Shown here: in pieces, positions 37,708 to 49,837 of the stretch
Layout of the letters: each line of letters starts with the position of its first letter
Numbering within the stretch: the stretch's first letter is position 1
NCBI GenBank assembly: GCA_964016885.1
Contig: OZ024742.1
Span: forward strand, 183,334,001-183,398,000
From: Eledone cirrhosa
Taxonomy: Eukaryota
Reading direction: 5' to 3'
DNA length: 64,000 nt
The notes under the pieces: generated by a model
Databases searched by the model: none
Told to the model about the DNA's origin: nothing
What the model saw: only the letters and a program-made list of their open reading frames with translations
Program-made: the position numbers and the translations under genes

Positions 37708-40606
37708 GGGGAGGTTCATATTTGTGTAATAATATTGCCAGAATTAATAACAGAACACACTCACTGTTTGGTTGGTTTTAACAACAAATAGATGACGAGA
37801 CAGAGGCACAGTTCACCATAGCTAGAAATAAGATTAGACAAATAGTAGGCCGGTATACTAAGAGACAGAGCAGACCAGAGGTCCAACAAGTTGGGAGGAA
37901 ACCTGTAGAAGGCTTGGTTAGCCTCAAGCAGCGCACAAGGGATGGTGAGGTAGTATGTCTACCCACGGATAAGTCTGGTAGGATGTCAATAGACAGCATG
38001 CCGAACTACATCAAGGCTATGCAACCCCACATCACCAACACGAGCGAAATTGCACAGCAACTACATGATGGGAGAGAGAAAATCCTCAACGCTCACATGA
38101 TGATGTGGACCGACATCCTAAAGCCAAGCAGATGCACTGCCAACAACATCCAGGCGTCTAACAATGGCATACCACCCTTGTATGGGCTCCGCAATGACCA
38201 CAAGACAGTCGACAACCCGACAACAGCACCACCAACAAGACCTGTATGCGGAGCAAATATAGCTAGCAACTACAAGATCTACTTCCTCTCAATGGTTATA
38301 CGCCTCATAATCAAGATGTCCCCAGATGTATGTGACAGTACAGAGGACCTCCTCAGCAGAATCAGTGAGTGCAACAAAAATAGGAACCTATCCAACAGCA
38401 TAATAGGCAGCATGGATGTGGTATCACTGTACCCATCCATTAACATTGATTTTGCTGTGGAAAAATGTGTGGAAATGATCATTGAGAGTGATGTGGAGTT
38501 CTGCGACGTCAACACAGACGCACTGGGCCTCCTACTTAGACTTACCTACGACACTGACTAGACAGCCATGACCTTAGACGTTTCTTCCCCAGTAGACCCA
38601 TAAGAGGTAGACTCCCCACCATAACCTCAATGGCAAAAAAGACTCCCATGGGAAGGTGGATTGGGTGGACCAAAGCTATATGGACCCCCCCCAAAACAAT
38701 GATCAGGTAAGAAAAATGGTCGCACATGCAATAGGGGCTAGTATCAAAACTACCCCAAAGGGCCACATATTCAAGTTCAACGAGAAGATCTACACTCAGA
38801 ATGAGGGAGCAACCATTGTCGTCAGCATAGCTGGTGACGTTGCCAACCTTTTTATGGTATGGTGGGAAAGGAGACTCAAAGATCTCCTTGATGAGAGCTC
38901 CATAGATCTCATCATGTACTCTCGTTACGTAGACGACATCAATATAGTAATAAGGACATCCCTAAAAGAGAGCATTAACAAGTTTGATTTAGAACGTAGC
39001 ACAATGGAAAGCATCCAGCAGATAGCTAATTCCATACACCACAGTATAAGTGTAACTATCGACTACCCTTCCAAACACCCTAACAATAGACTACCTGTAT
39101 TAGACACGGAACTCTGGATTAACACTATAGACGAGAGAGCCCAAATTCTCCACTCACACTATGCTAAACCCATGCCCTCCAAATACCTGATACTCAAAAA
39201 CTCAGCAATGTCCTGTAGTGTTAAGTTTAATATTCTGATCGCAGACTTGGTACGAGTGATGAAGAACGTGTCCCGCATGTGCGACCCAACAGAAATGGAA
39301 AGACACATCCAACACTTCATCAACCGCATGCAGTTCTCTGGCTACAACCAAAGAGACAGAATCAGAGTATACGAAGGAGCCACGGAGAAGTATAAGACCC
39401 TCATAGAAATGGACATGAAAGGAATTTTCCCATTATACAGGAGCAAATCATGGAATAGCTTAGATAGGACTAGACATAAGATAGGGAAAGCCATCTCATG
39501 GTACGACAACCAGAGATACCAGAGTGTCATGTTTGTGGTCGCTACCCCTGGAGGGAAATTAGCTAACCAGTGTAGAAAAGCCCTGAGAAAGACCCACTTA
39601 AAGATTAAGGTGGTAGAAAAGCCAGGAACCACCATAAAATCCCTGATCAGCAAAACCTACCCTTTTAAGAAAACCCACTGTACTAATAGGAAATGTATCA
39701 TATGTAAAGTAAACCCCCGGATAAACTGTAAAACTAGAAACATAGTCTATAGCATAAGATGTACAGAGGGTACTTGCAGAAACATGACAACAACATACAT
39801 AGGCGAGACAGCTCGTAGCATAGGTAAAAGGATAGACCAACACTGGAGGGAACTAAAAGGACGAAAAAACGGGTCAATACTATACGAACATGCCAGACAA
39901 CAACACGACGGTAACATAAACAACATAGAAATTAGAATATCTAAACATAGAAATGACCCAGCAGATAGGCAAATCAGAGAGGCCAGCGAAATAGAACTTA
40001 GAAGGCCAAGGCTAAACAGAAAAAATTAATGGAATAACAACACCCAAACAAACAACAGTGACCTAAGAGAAGTATAAATAAATAAATAAATACATACACA
40101 AGCACAATAACAACAAACACATATATACACACTAGTAAACTAAGGTAGAATACAATAACCAATACACAGTCACCCAAACACGAACATACATCAAACAAAA
40201 CACTGTACACAGACGCAAACGCATACGCAGAGAAGACCAAAAAAATGAACAAATAAATAAATAAACAGACTAAATAAAGATGGCGTAGGCATAGAATGCA
40301 ATGGGAGTTAACATAATATCACCACTGATGATGTTGCAGATGTGCAACGAAAGAAGTTTGATAGACTATATATATGTGTTTGTGTCAATATTGTATCTGT
40401 ATTTTTGATCGTTGGTCAGTCAATGGTAACATTGAGGACCAAATAAATTAAATTAACCGATATAAAAGACACAGAAGCGAAAACCAACCAAACAGTGAGT
40501 GTGTTCTGTTATTAATTCTGACAATATTATTACACAAATATGACCCTCCCCAAGTATAACAATATTTGTTTCGACACACGATTTCATATCAAAAACCTCA
40601 CAAAAC

Positions 40607-40607
<1 letters not shown>
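37708..40607 (+). mobile_element. Penelope-like element family C (Neptune-like), 5'-truncated, with a short inverted end copy at 37708-37779
   Basis: RT motifs PTDKSGR, GSMDVVSLYPSI, YSRYVDD; CTNRKCIICK linker; GIY-YIG NIVYSIRC...YIGETARS; 37708-37779 is inverted relative to 40480-40551. Confidence 0.92.
40321..40363 (+). ncRNA. Degenerate hammerhead (PLE family C)
   Basis: CTGATGA-t-GTTGCA gatg TGCAAC-GAAA-GAAG-TT; stem I weak; same position as the family B HHR. Confidence 0.5.
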
Positions 40608-40638
<31 letters not shown>

Positions 40639-40814
40639 ATATATGTATAGATTTATATAAGGCCCTAACTTATCGAGTGCTTTGCTAACTCATCATTCCA
40701 TATAAGTTGGGCGAATTTACTTGCAAACCGCCAGAGATTCGATTTTACTAAATTTCCAATTATATATATATATATATATATATAATGTATAATAAACAAT
40801 ACAATATAATTACC

Positions 40815-40878
40815 TCATTACCAGAGGTTTCCTGAATAAGACGAATACGAAAAACGTCCTCATTCGTTCATCGGACAA
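40815..40878 (-). ncRNA. Hammerhead-like motif with CCGATGA core
   Basis: TTGT-CCGATGA-[GAATGAGGACG...CGTCTTATTC]-GAAA-CCTCTGG-TA|ATGA, in a ~100-bp island between TA arrays. Confidence 0.45.
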
Positions 40879-40895
40879 TTATATATATATATATA

Positions 40896-43140
40896 GGCAA
40901 TGTGTCAAGGAAAACCGTGATATTGTCGGGGAGAAGTGTGTCCTTAATGATGATGGTGTACTTGCCATCACTGACGCTGATAAGAAGGTAGCTTGGAAGT
41001 GTCACTACGAAAGGCTACTAAATGAGGAGAATAAATGGGAGAAAGACAGTCTCCCCCACATCGATCCATCCAATAGTGGTACCAGCAGTGCTAGTTGAAG
41101 GTAGTATAATAAGTAAGGCAATCAAAGATATGAAAACGGGTAAGGCGGCTGGGCCTTCGGAAATAGTTGCTGAAATGCTGAAAGGTTCTGGAACGGTGGG
41201 ACACACCATGGTCACCCGGACAGTAAACCAAGTCATACAGAATGGGGTTGTTTCGAAGGACTGGCGTAGCAGCATCATCATCATTAACTGCTACAAGGGT
41301 AAAGGAGATGCCCTAGATAGGAGTAACTATAGAGGCATTAAATTAATCGACCAGGTCATGAAGGTCACAAAAAAAGTAATAGCGCAACTAATCAGAGAGA
41401 GAATTGATCTAGATGAAATGCAGTTCGGGTTTGTGTCAGGTAAAAGCACCACAAACGCTCTTTTCATTGTACGACAACTACAGAAGTACCTAGCTAAAAA
41501 TAAACCCCTATACTTAGCTTTTGTCGACTTGGAGAAAGCCTTCGACAGAGTCCCCCGTTCCATTATCTGGTGGGCTCTTAGAAAACTAGGTGTTGATGAA
41601 TGGATTGCGAGAGCTTTACAAGCCACGTATAAAGAAACAGTCAGCAAGGTTAGAATTAACAACGAATATAGTGAAGAGTTTAGCGTAAAAGGTGGTGTTC
41701 ATCAGGGCTCCGTCCTTAGCCCCCTACTATTTATTATTGCCCTTCAGGCTATAACAGAGGAGTTCAAGACCGGCTGCCCATGGGAACTCCTATATGCAGA
41801 TGATCTAACGCTCATAGCTGAATCAATGGCTGAACTAGAGAAGAAATTCCAAACATGGAAGCATGGCCTAGAATCAAAAGGCCTTAAAGTTAACTTGTCT
41901 AAGACTAAAGTTCTAGTTTGTAGGAAGGAAAATGGGGCACTGGTCCCATCTGGGAAATGGCCATGCTCAGTGTGTAGGAAAGGAGTAGTTAGAAACTACA
42001 TTTTATGTCCCAAATGCAAAGTATGGGTACATAAAAGATGTAGTGGGATCACAGGTAAGCTAACTATGAACATAGATTTTACATGTGGCCGGTGCTCTGG
42101 TGCAATAAGTAGCAACAAGTGCCCACAAAATACTAGCTCATTCCATTGCACAGATGGTTCTATAGAAATAGTAGACACCTTCCGTTACTTGGGTGACAAA
42201 ATCAGCAGTAGTGGAGGGTGCTCTGAAAGTACAGTAGTTAGAGTCAGAACTGGATGGAAAAAGTTCAGAGAGCTTATACCAGTATTAGCCGCTAACGGGT
42301 TCTCTCTAAAAATGAAAGGCAGGCTGTATGATGCCTGCATACGAACAGCAATGTTACATGGCAGTGAGACCTGGGCATTGTGTGCAGAGGATATACGCAG
42401 ACTGGAGAGGAACGAAGCTTGCATGCTCCGCTGGATGTGTAATAGTAATATACGTGGACGGCAAAGCATAAACGAACTAAGGGAAAAATTAGAAATAAGA
42501 GGGATCAGATGTTGTTTACTCGAGAGAAGACTACGTTGGTATGGTCACGTGATGCGCATGAAAGACGACAGCTGTATAAAAAAGTGCAGGGCGATAAAAA
42601 TAGACGGTAGCCACGGAGTAGGCAGACCCAGAAAAACCTGGGACGACTTGATAAATTCCGACCTCACACACACCTCTCCAAGACAATGTCACTGGACTGA
42701 GATCTTTGGCGCTACACATTTATACAGAAGACCCGCCTTGCCTAAGTACAAAGCGAAATCTACAGTCAGTAGGCACCTCTAACAAAATACACTCCCGTCC
42801 CACTACCCCCACCCCATCCACACCGCTCAATGTAAAGTTATGTTGGTACCACAACATCCAGCCCGAAACAAATGAGGTCGTGTAGGTGTCACGACAAATA
42901 AACAGACAGTCCACGCTGTAATGTGGCCGTGTAGGTAACACGGTAAAAACCTCCCAGTCCACACTGTAAATGTGGTTGGTGTTAGGAAGGGCATCCAGCC
43001 GTAGAAAACCCGCCAGACAGTCCTATGCGAGCAAGACAACCACTCTTGCTTCAAGTGGGAAAACTCCCGTCCAAACCCATGTAAGCATGGAATATGGACG
43101 TTAAACGATGATAATGATGATGATGATGATGATGATGATG
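40896..43140 (+). mobile_element. RTE family 2, 5'-truncated (RT + PHD-like finger + 3' UTR)
   Basis: ORF 41022-42782 with RT motifs and frameshifts near both ends; (GAT)n tail. Confidence 0.93.
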
Positions 43141-43141
43141 C

Positions 43142-43175
<34 letters not shown>

Positions 43176-43654
43176 ACATATATAGGAAAATGTTCAAGAC
43201 TCCGGCCGCAGAGCTCTACTACCCTAAGTATTGAGTACTCTGGTGCGATATGGTCCACCTGGTTCCTTACCACACTTCCTCCGTTATATATACTAGCATG
43301 TGTAGTGTGTATATTGATATTATACACAAATATATATGCGTGTAAATATGATACATCAAATAAAATCGTAATTGACAATATACACAGAAATTGAACAAAG
43401 CCTATGTTACACTGTCTTCTGGAATCAGTAATCCATGATATATTAAAAAAAGAAGACATTATATATAAACTGCATTAGGAGAAAATTAGCGACGGAAATA
43501 TATGCGATTATAAGTGTTATAATACAACGGCCGTTAACCGGAAGTGTTAAAATTTGATAATTTTAAAGATCTTTAAATAAGCTATAAAATATATTTAATC
43601 AACAGCCACGAAATTTAGCACATAAATTATGTAATATTCATTCATTATTTATGC

Positions 43655-43850
43655 AAAGTGGAGGGATTGGCAGTATCGGTAGAATGTCGGACACCATGCT
43701 TTGCAGCACAGACTTACGCCCCTTTATAGTCTGAGTTCAAATCCCGCCGAGGTTCACTTTGCCTTTCATCCTTACGAGGTCGATAAAATAAAGTACCAGT
43801 AATGTACTGTGATAATTGCTGGCCTTGTGCCAAAAGTAGAAACAATTATT
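43655..43850 (+). mobile_element. tRNA-derived SINE family 2 (Nin/Deu-like domain)
   Basis: A-box-like TGGCAGTATCGG, B box GAGTTCAAATCC, GCCTTTCATCCTT..GGTCGATAAA..GTACCAG; a 3' fragment also occurs at ~22977-23026. Confidence 0.75.
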
Positions 43851-43943
43851 TTTTCAAAGTAATCCAACTTATTTTACAAACGGGGTAAAAAAATATATTC
43901 TGGACGCAATCCCGCACTCCTTTCTTTATCATAGTTAAGATAT

Positions 43944-43998
<55 letters not shown>

Positions 43999-44567
43999 TA
44001 TACATATATATATTTTAACATATACGTATACATACATATATATAGATAGATATATGATGGCTGAAAACTGCTAAGAGTATTGCAATCGCTTGTCAGATTA
44101 TAGAGTTTGGTGCACTTCTAGGCTACGGCCAGCCACACTAACCTGTAACATATCCTGAACAAGCAATGCCTGTGCTTTTAAGTTTTTTTTTAAGTGGGGG
44201 AAGGCTTTGCACTCGACCAATCCAATTCTCTGAGCATCGAAAACACTGCCCGAAAAGGAGAACTGGTAAACAACGTCGGATGCCTCCGAAGCTGCAGGTT
44301 TTTTTCAGAGTCTCTCTCCTAGAAATGTGTTATAACATAACTGGGTGCCTTTCATTCCTAGGTGAAAAAAAAACTATTTGGATGACCGTTGACTCTGCAG
44401 GGTGTCCAAATATCACCCTCCTCACCAAGGTAGCTCGGTGGGGTTGCTGGTTTAGTCGCCAATGACCCGACCATGAGACATGTTGTACTAGGTTACATGT
44501 TACCAGTATCACTCGAGAGCGACCTGACATAAATATATAGTTATATACATATTTACACATATACATA

Positions 44568-44627
<60 letters not shown>

Positions 44628-44926
44628 CATATGCTACCATTCTATTTTATATCAATGTGAACTGCTATTTCTAATAGCAATCTTTTCACCCCTTGATAAT
44701 GTGTGTGTGAGACACATTGGCTGAGTGCTTCTGACAGGAACTAATAGATTGATTCTTTTTAGCTTCCCGTCCCCACGTAAAATTTGTAAATCAGTGGCTA
44801 GTTGAGAGATAGAGTCCTATTGGTTGCCAGTTAATCGCTTTACCGTGTCGGTTGTCACAAACAGTCATGACCGGCACGGGCCGGTGTTTGGATTATGTCG
44901 ATCGATTGGTTATTGATTAGGCGATA

Positions 44927-45036
44927 CCCGCTGATGAAGCAGCATAAGCCGATTGTGCATTGTTACATAATATATGCAGACAGATGGTGCAGTGCACCTT
45001 ACTGCTGCATTAGTGCGGCAGAAACTCGAGTCCGGG
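44927..45036 (+). ncRNA. Type I hammerhead with an unusually long (~83-nt) stem II domain
   Basis: CCCG-CTGATGA-[83 nt with GCAGCATAAG/CTTACTGCTGC and GTGCATTG/CAGTGCAC pairings]-GAAA-CTCGAG-TC|CGGG; canonical GUC site. Confidence 0.7.
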
Positions 45037-45187
45037 AACCTTATAGGCACCCGTTTTACGTGTGTTGTGTTGAGGCAAATAACTATGTGTATACTCTGGT
45101 AATGTATCTTACATTGCCCATTTGGTGCGCTGAGATACAACCGGTACTGGCATTGATAAATATGGTGGGTCCGTCAACCCTTATTAT

Positions 45188-45241
<54 letters not shown>

Positions 45242-45334
45242 CCATACACACACATACACATGTATATATTTACATATTTATATTTACATATATATATATA
45301 TATATATAATATACATATACACATATATGTACTT

Positions 45335-46022
45335 TTACGAAGACAGCAAAGTGATTGCATAATAACCCTCTGATGTGTTGTCATCAGACAACTGTTATGG
45401 TGTAATATTTGTTTGTATTTGATATTCACGCTACAGTTTGGAAGACGATGATAGCAGTCCGGCTATATGCTCCCTCACATATATTATATAAGATGGATCA
45501 AGAGAAGGGTTCACTAAGTGAGTGGATTCTGATGCATTGGAAGCCACTACTAATGCAAACCTGACCGTTACAATTCAGGAACCAAGTACAGACTTCAGTG
45601 TGAGCTATACCATCATTCATCGTAAATTCAAATGACTTGGTAAAGTCTCAAAGGTTGGAAAATAGATTAGATTCCGCATGATCTCTCTGCAAACAATCAC
45701 AAACAACATGTGCATCATTGCTTTCTCATGAGCTGCAAATGATTTTGTTGGTGATGAGAAATGGATACTTTACCATAATGTTAAGTGAAGACGTTATAGT
45801 GGCTTAGACGCGTTGAAGAGCCAGCCGAGCAGCCCAGAAGTGGCATACGTTCAAGGAAGATATGAGTATGTGGTGGAATATGCGGGTAATAATACATCGC
45901 GAGCTGCTAAGCGATAATCATACAATAACAGCCCAAGTCTATTGCCAACAGCTAAGACATTTGAAAGCAGCTTTACAACAAAAACGCCCATCATTAACAG
46001 AATAGGAGTCATCTTTTATCAG
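45335..46022 (+). mobile_element. Decayed mariner transposase
   Basis: VGDEKWILYHNVK; WWNMRVIIHRELL..NHTITAQVYCQQL..LKAALQQKRP; multiple disruptions. Confidence 0.75.
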
Positions 46023-46249
46023 CTGTGATCTCTCAATTTCGAGAAGTAGCGGCTCTATCTGTAGCGATTCCTCATCTCCGAGCTACGCACTATTGAATAA
46101 AGTTACTCCAAAGACTCTTCAGAGGAACTCCATTTCGGCCGCTTGTATTTACAAGCGTATTCTTTCGGTCGGCTGGAAATTGCAAACGACATGGTATTAA
46201 CTCGTCAGAAGACGATTTCCGACATACACTTCATAGGTTTGATGCATGG

Positions 46250-46515
46250 GTGGAATGAAAATCAGTGCTGCGAAGACAGACACTCGCAGTGCACTCTACA
46301 TGTGAGAGTGGAGTTCTACTGAAGCAGGTGGAGAAGTTCAAGTATCTCTTCACGGGTGATGGAAGGCAGGGGGCTGAATGAAGTCCAAGAATTGCAAGAG
46401 CTGGTACAGTAATGCGCCAGCTTCAGCATTCAGTAATCAGTAATCAAAAGGGAGGTAGCCGTAAAAGCCAAACTCGCTATCTTCAATTCGGTTCTCGTGC
46501 CAACCCTTACAATGA
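46250..46515 (+). mobile_element. Old RTE (Rex3/Expander-like) RT C-terminal fragment
   Basis: LKQVEKFKYL...KAKLAIFNSVLVPTLT. Confidence 0.55.
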
Positions 46516-47938
46516 ATATTTGGTAAATGTAAATTCTTGAGAATAAAAAGTATAGTAACATAAATTCAGGGCCGGTTTCTGGTTGTTTTCTATCAAATCT
46601 CAATTAATGCACCATGAATTGAAAAAATTATGAAATTTACAGTTCACACATATCTTAGCTGGCTTCCTATGAGGTTACAGCTCATGGAATGCTTTTCAAG
46701 TGTATTAATAACAGGGGCTCCAGTCTTGTCATGAAAGGTAACGCAAAATAAAGCATCTTGCTCACGTATATGATCGCAAGTCCAACGCTTCTGCTAGCAC
46801 CAAGAAATTCATTTGATGTAACATTACAGTAATTAAGTTTGAAAGAATTTTGGCCTGACTAAATATAACCTAGAACATAATTTCAATATCATATTTCTAT
46901 TGAAAGACACTACTCATAGTATTCTAATCATTTTGAAAATAATCAAAAGTTTAAGGAATACAGTAAAATAAATTATTTATGTGGATTTGGGAACGTAAAA
47001 ATTCTTATATGAAATTATGATGGTATGTCTTTTATCATAAAAACCAGAGTTGATTCCAGTGGGGATTGGCACTGGAATCAACTCTGGGATACATGAGGCA
47101 CAAAACACTAAATATTTAGGGAGTGGGGAATTTGCGGTGCCCATGCCTTTCCTATAGACACAGTCTGTGTTAATAAACTGCAAGAATTTTATGTGGAAAC
47201 CTCAAAGTTAAGCAATATTTCCTATGAAAATGCTTAACACCGATTAAGCAGAAATCCCAGCAAAGGAACATACACATACACACACAGAGACGTCCTTGCT
47301 CTGTCGAGCAAAGAAATAAAGGTTAAGGCAGAATGAACTTCTGCCTTCTGAATATATTTCGATGCCTCATTGAACAAGGGTGCTCCATAAACTAGAATTT
47401 ATGTAGAATTAACAGACCGCCCCCATCCAACACATCCACTACATTTTTCTGTGTGTTTTTCTGCATCTGCTGAATCAATTACATATAGACGAAGCAGTAA
47501 CACTGACCAACTTCCGTGGTGAAACCCTCGGGGATAGACTTTAGAAGGACACCGCTCTAGAGGAGCTGGAACCAATGCTTTATACACGCGAGCATACATA
47601 TATATATATATATATATACATATCAATATATTCACACACACGTACGCTTTCAATGAAAATACGTGCATCCGTATACTTTCAGCGAGAATAAAAACACAAA
47701 AGTTCACACGTACACACACACATGTATACAAAAGAACATACGTACATTCATGCAGATACAAGTAAACACGCGCCAATACACACATACATACGTATATTCA
47801 TAAAGATCTATGTACGCGCATGAGCATACATACATATATTCATGAAGTTCTATGTATACACACGAGCATACATACATCCGTATAGTCCTACAAATAAGTA
47901 CATCCGTATATATAGAGAGAGAGATGTATATCTATATT

Positions 47939-47939
<1 letters not shown>

Positions 47940-47976
<37 letters not shown>

Positions 47977-48089
47977 GTATATATATATATGAGAATAAAT
48001 ATATTCATACGGATGTATATATATATATAGGAGAATACATATATTCATACAGATGTATATATATATAGGAGAATACATATATTCATACA

Positions 48090-48143
<54 letters not shown>

Positions 48144-48366
48144 GTATATATATATAATATGTATATATATATATGAGAATAAATATATTCATACGGATGT
48201 ATATATATATATATGAGAATACATATATTCATACAGATGTATATATATATATATGAGAATACATATATTCATACAGATGTATATATATATATGAGAATAC
48301 ATATATTCATACAGATGTATATATATATAAGTATATATATATTCATACAGATGTATATATATATAA

Positions 48367-48420
<54 letters not shown>

Positions 48421-48441
48421 TTACATATATTCATACGGATG

Positions 48442-48492
<51 letters not shown>

Positions 48493-48513
48493 TTACATAT
48501 ATTCATACGGATG

Positions 48514-48566
<53 letters not shown>

Positions 48567-48587
48567 TTACATATATTCATACGGATG

Positions 48588-48625
<38 letters not shown>

Positions 48626-48640
48626 TATATATATATATGC
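47940..48640. repeat. Minisatellite (TA)n-GAGAATACATATATTCATAC[A/G]GATG
   Basis: Direct reading; about 10 units. Confidence 0.9.
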
Positions 48641-48769
48641 AAAAGTTCTATTTGAATTGTTGGGATACAACAAGCAAATATTTTTATAACTGATATAAAG
48701 CACTCAACAATTATTTGGAGTAAACATACGATATTAACAAATGGGAACTATATTTATAAAACCATATTT

Positions 48770-48832
48770 ATTTCATTATACATATTTCAAGGACACCAAG
48801 TTAAATTATGGTGTGCTTTCATCAGACAAAAT
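48770..48832 (-). ncRNA. Minimal type I hammerhead (family A)
   Basis: Mirror of 48991-49053. Confidence 0.7.
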
Positions 48833-48990
48833 ATAATATAGATCAGTTTTATAAATAAATATTGACATACCCTTAAAAAATGCAACCATTACTGTTGGAA
48901 GCTCCTCTCACTATCCGGGAGCTTCCAACAGTAATGGTTGCATTTTTTAAGGGTATGTCAATATTTATTTATAAAACTAATCTATATTAT

Positions 48991-49053
48991 ATTTTGTCTG
49001 ATGAAAGCACACCATAATTTAACTTGGTGAACTTGAAATATGTATAATGAAAT
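48991..49053 (+). ncRNA. Minimal type I hammerhead (family A)
   Basis: ATTTTGT-CTGATGA-aAGCACACCA..TGGTGAACTt-GAAA-TATGTA-TA|ATGAAAT. Confidence 0.7.
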
Positions 49054-49097
49054 AAATATGGTTTTATAAATATAGTTTCCATTTGTTAATATCGTAT

Positions 49098-49138
49098 ATA
49101 TATATATATATATGAGAATACATATATTCATACGGATG

Positions 49139-49191
<53 letters not shown>

Positions 49192-49212
49192 ATACATATA
49201 TTCATACAGATG

Positions 49213-49263
<51 letters not shown>

Positions 49264-49837
49264 ATATATATATATATATGAGAATATATATATATATATA
49301 TGAGAATATATATATATATACATGAGAATATATATATATATACATGAGAATATATATATATATACATGAGAATATATATATATATACATGAGAATATATA
49401 TATACATGAGAATATATATATATATACATGAGAATATATATATATATACATGAGAATATATATATATATACATGAGAATATATATATATACATGAGAATA
49501 TATATATATATACATGAGAATATATATATATATACATGAGAATATATATATATATACATGAGAATATATATATATATACATGAGAATATATATATATATA
49601 TATGAGAATATATATATATATACATGAGAATATATATATATATACATGAGAATATATATATATATATATGAGAATATATATATATATATATGAGAATATA
49701 TATATATATATATGAGAATATATATATATATATATATATATATGAGAATATATATATATATATATATGAGAATATATATATATATATGAGAATATATATA
49801 TATATATATATGAGAATATATATATATATATATATAT
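49098..49837. repeat. (TA)n-(CA)TGAGAA minisatellite, continuing at 52140-52423
   Basis: The same unit flanks both sides of the RTE at 49838-52140. Confidence 0.92.

Larger units (their letters stand above)
48726..49097. repeat. Palindrome (~180-bp arms, 12-nt spacer) with a family A HHR in each arm
   Basis: 48726-48905 versus 48918-49097, a few substitutions. Confidence 0.92.

Noticed and set aside
44058-44530. GC-richer island as a possible HDV-like ribozyme or LINE 5' UTR
   Set aside because: I could not assemble the nested double pseudoknot by eye; left unassigned.
47497-47540. CTGACCA...GAAA-CCCTCGGG hammerhead-like run
   Set aside because: G8 is missing, there is no UH cleavage site, and stem I does not form.
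47940-49837. Regularly spaced repeats resembling a CRISPR array
   Set aside because: Spacers are only variable (TA)n; eukaryotic context; no cas genes.
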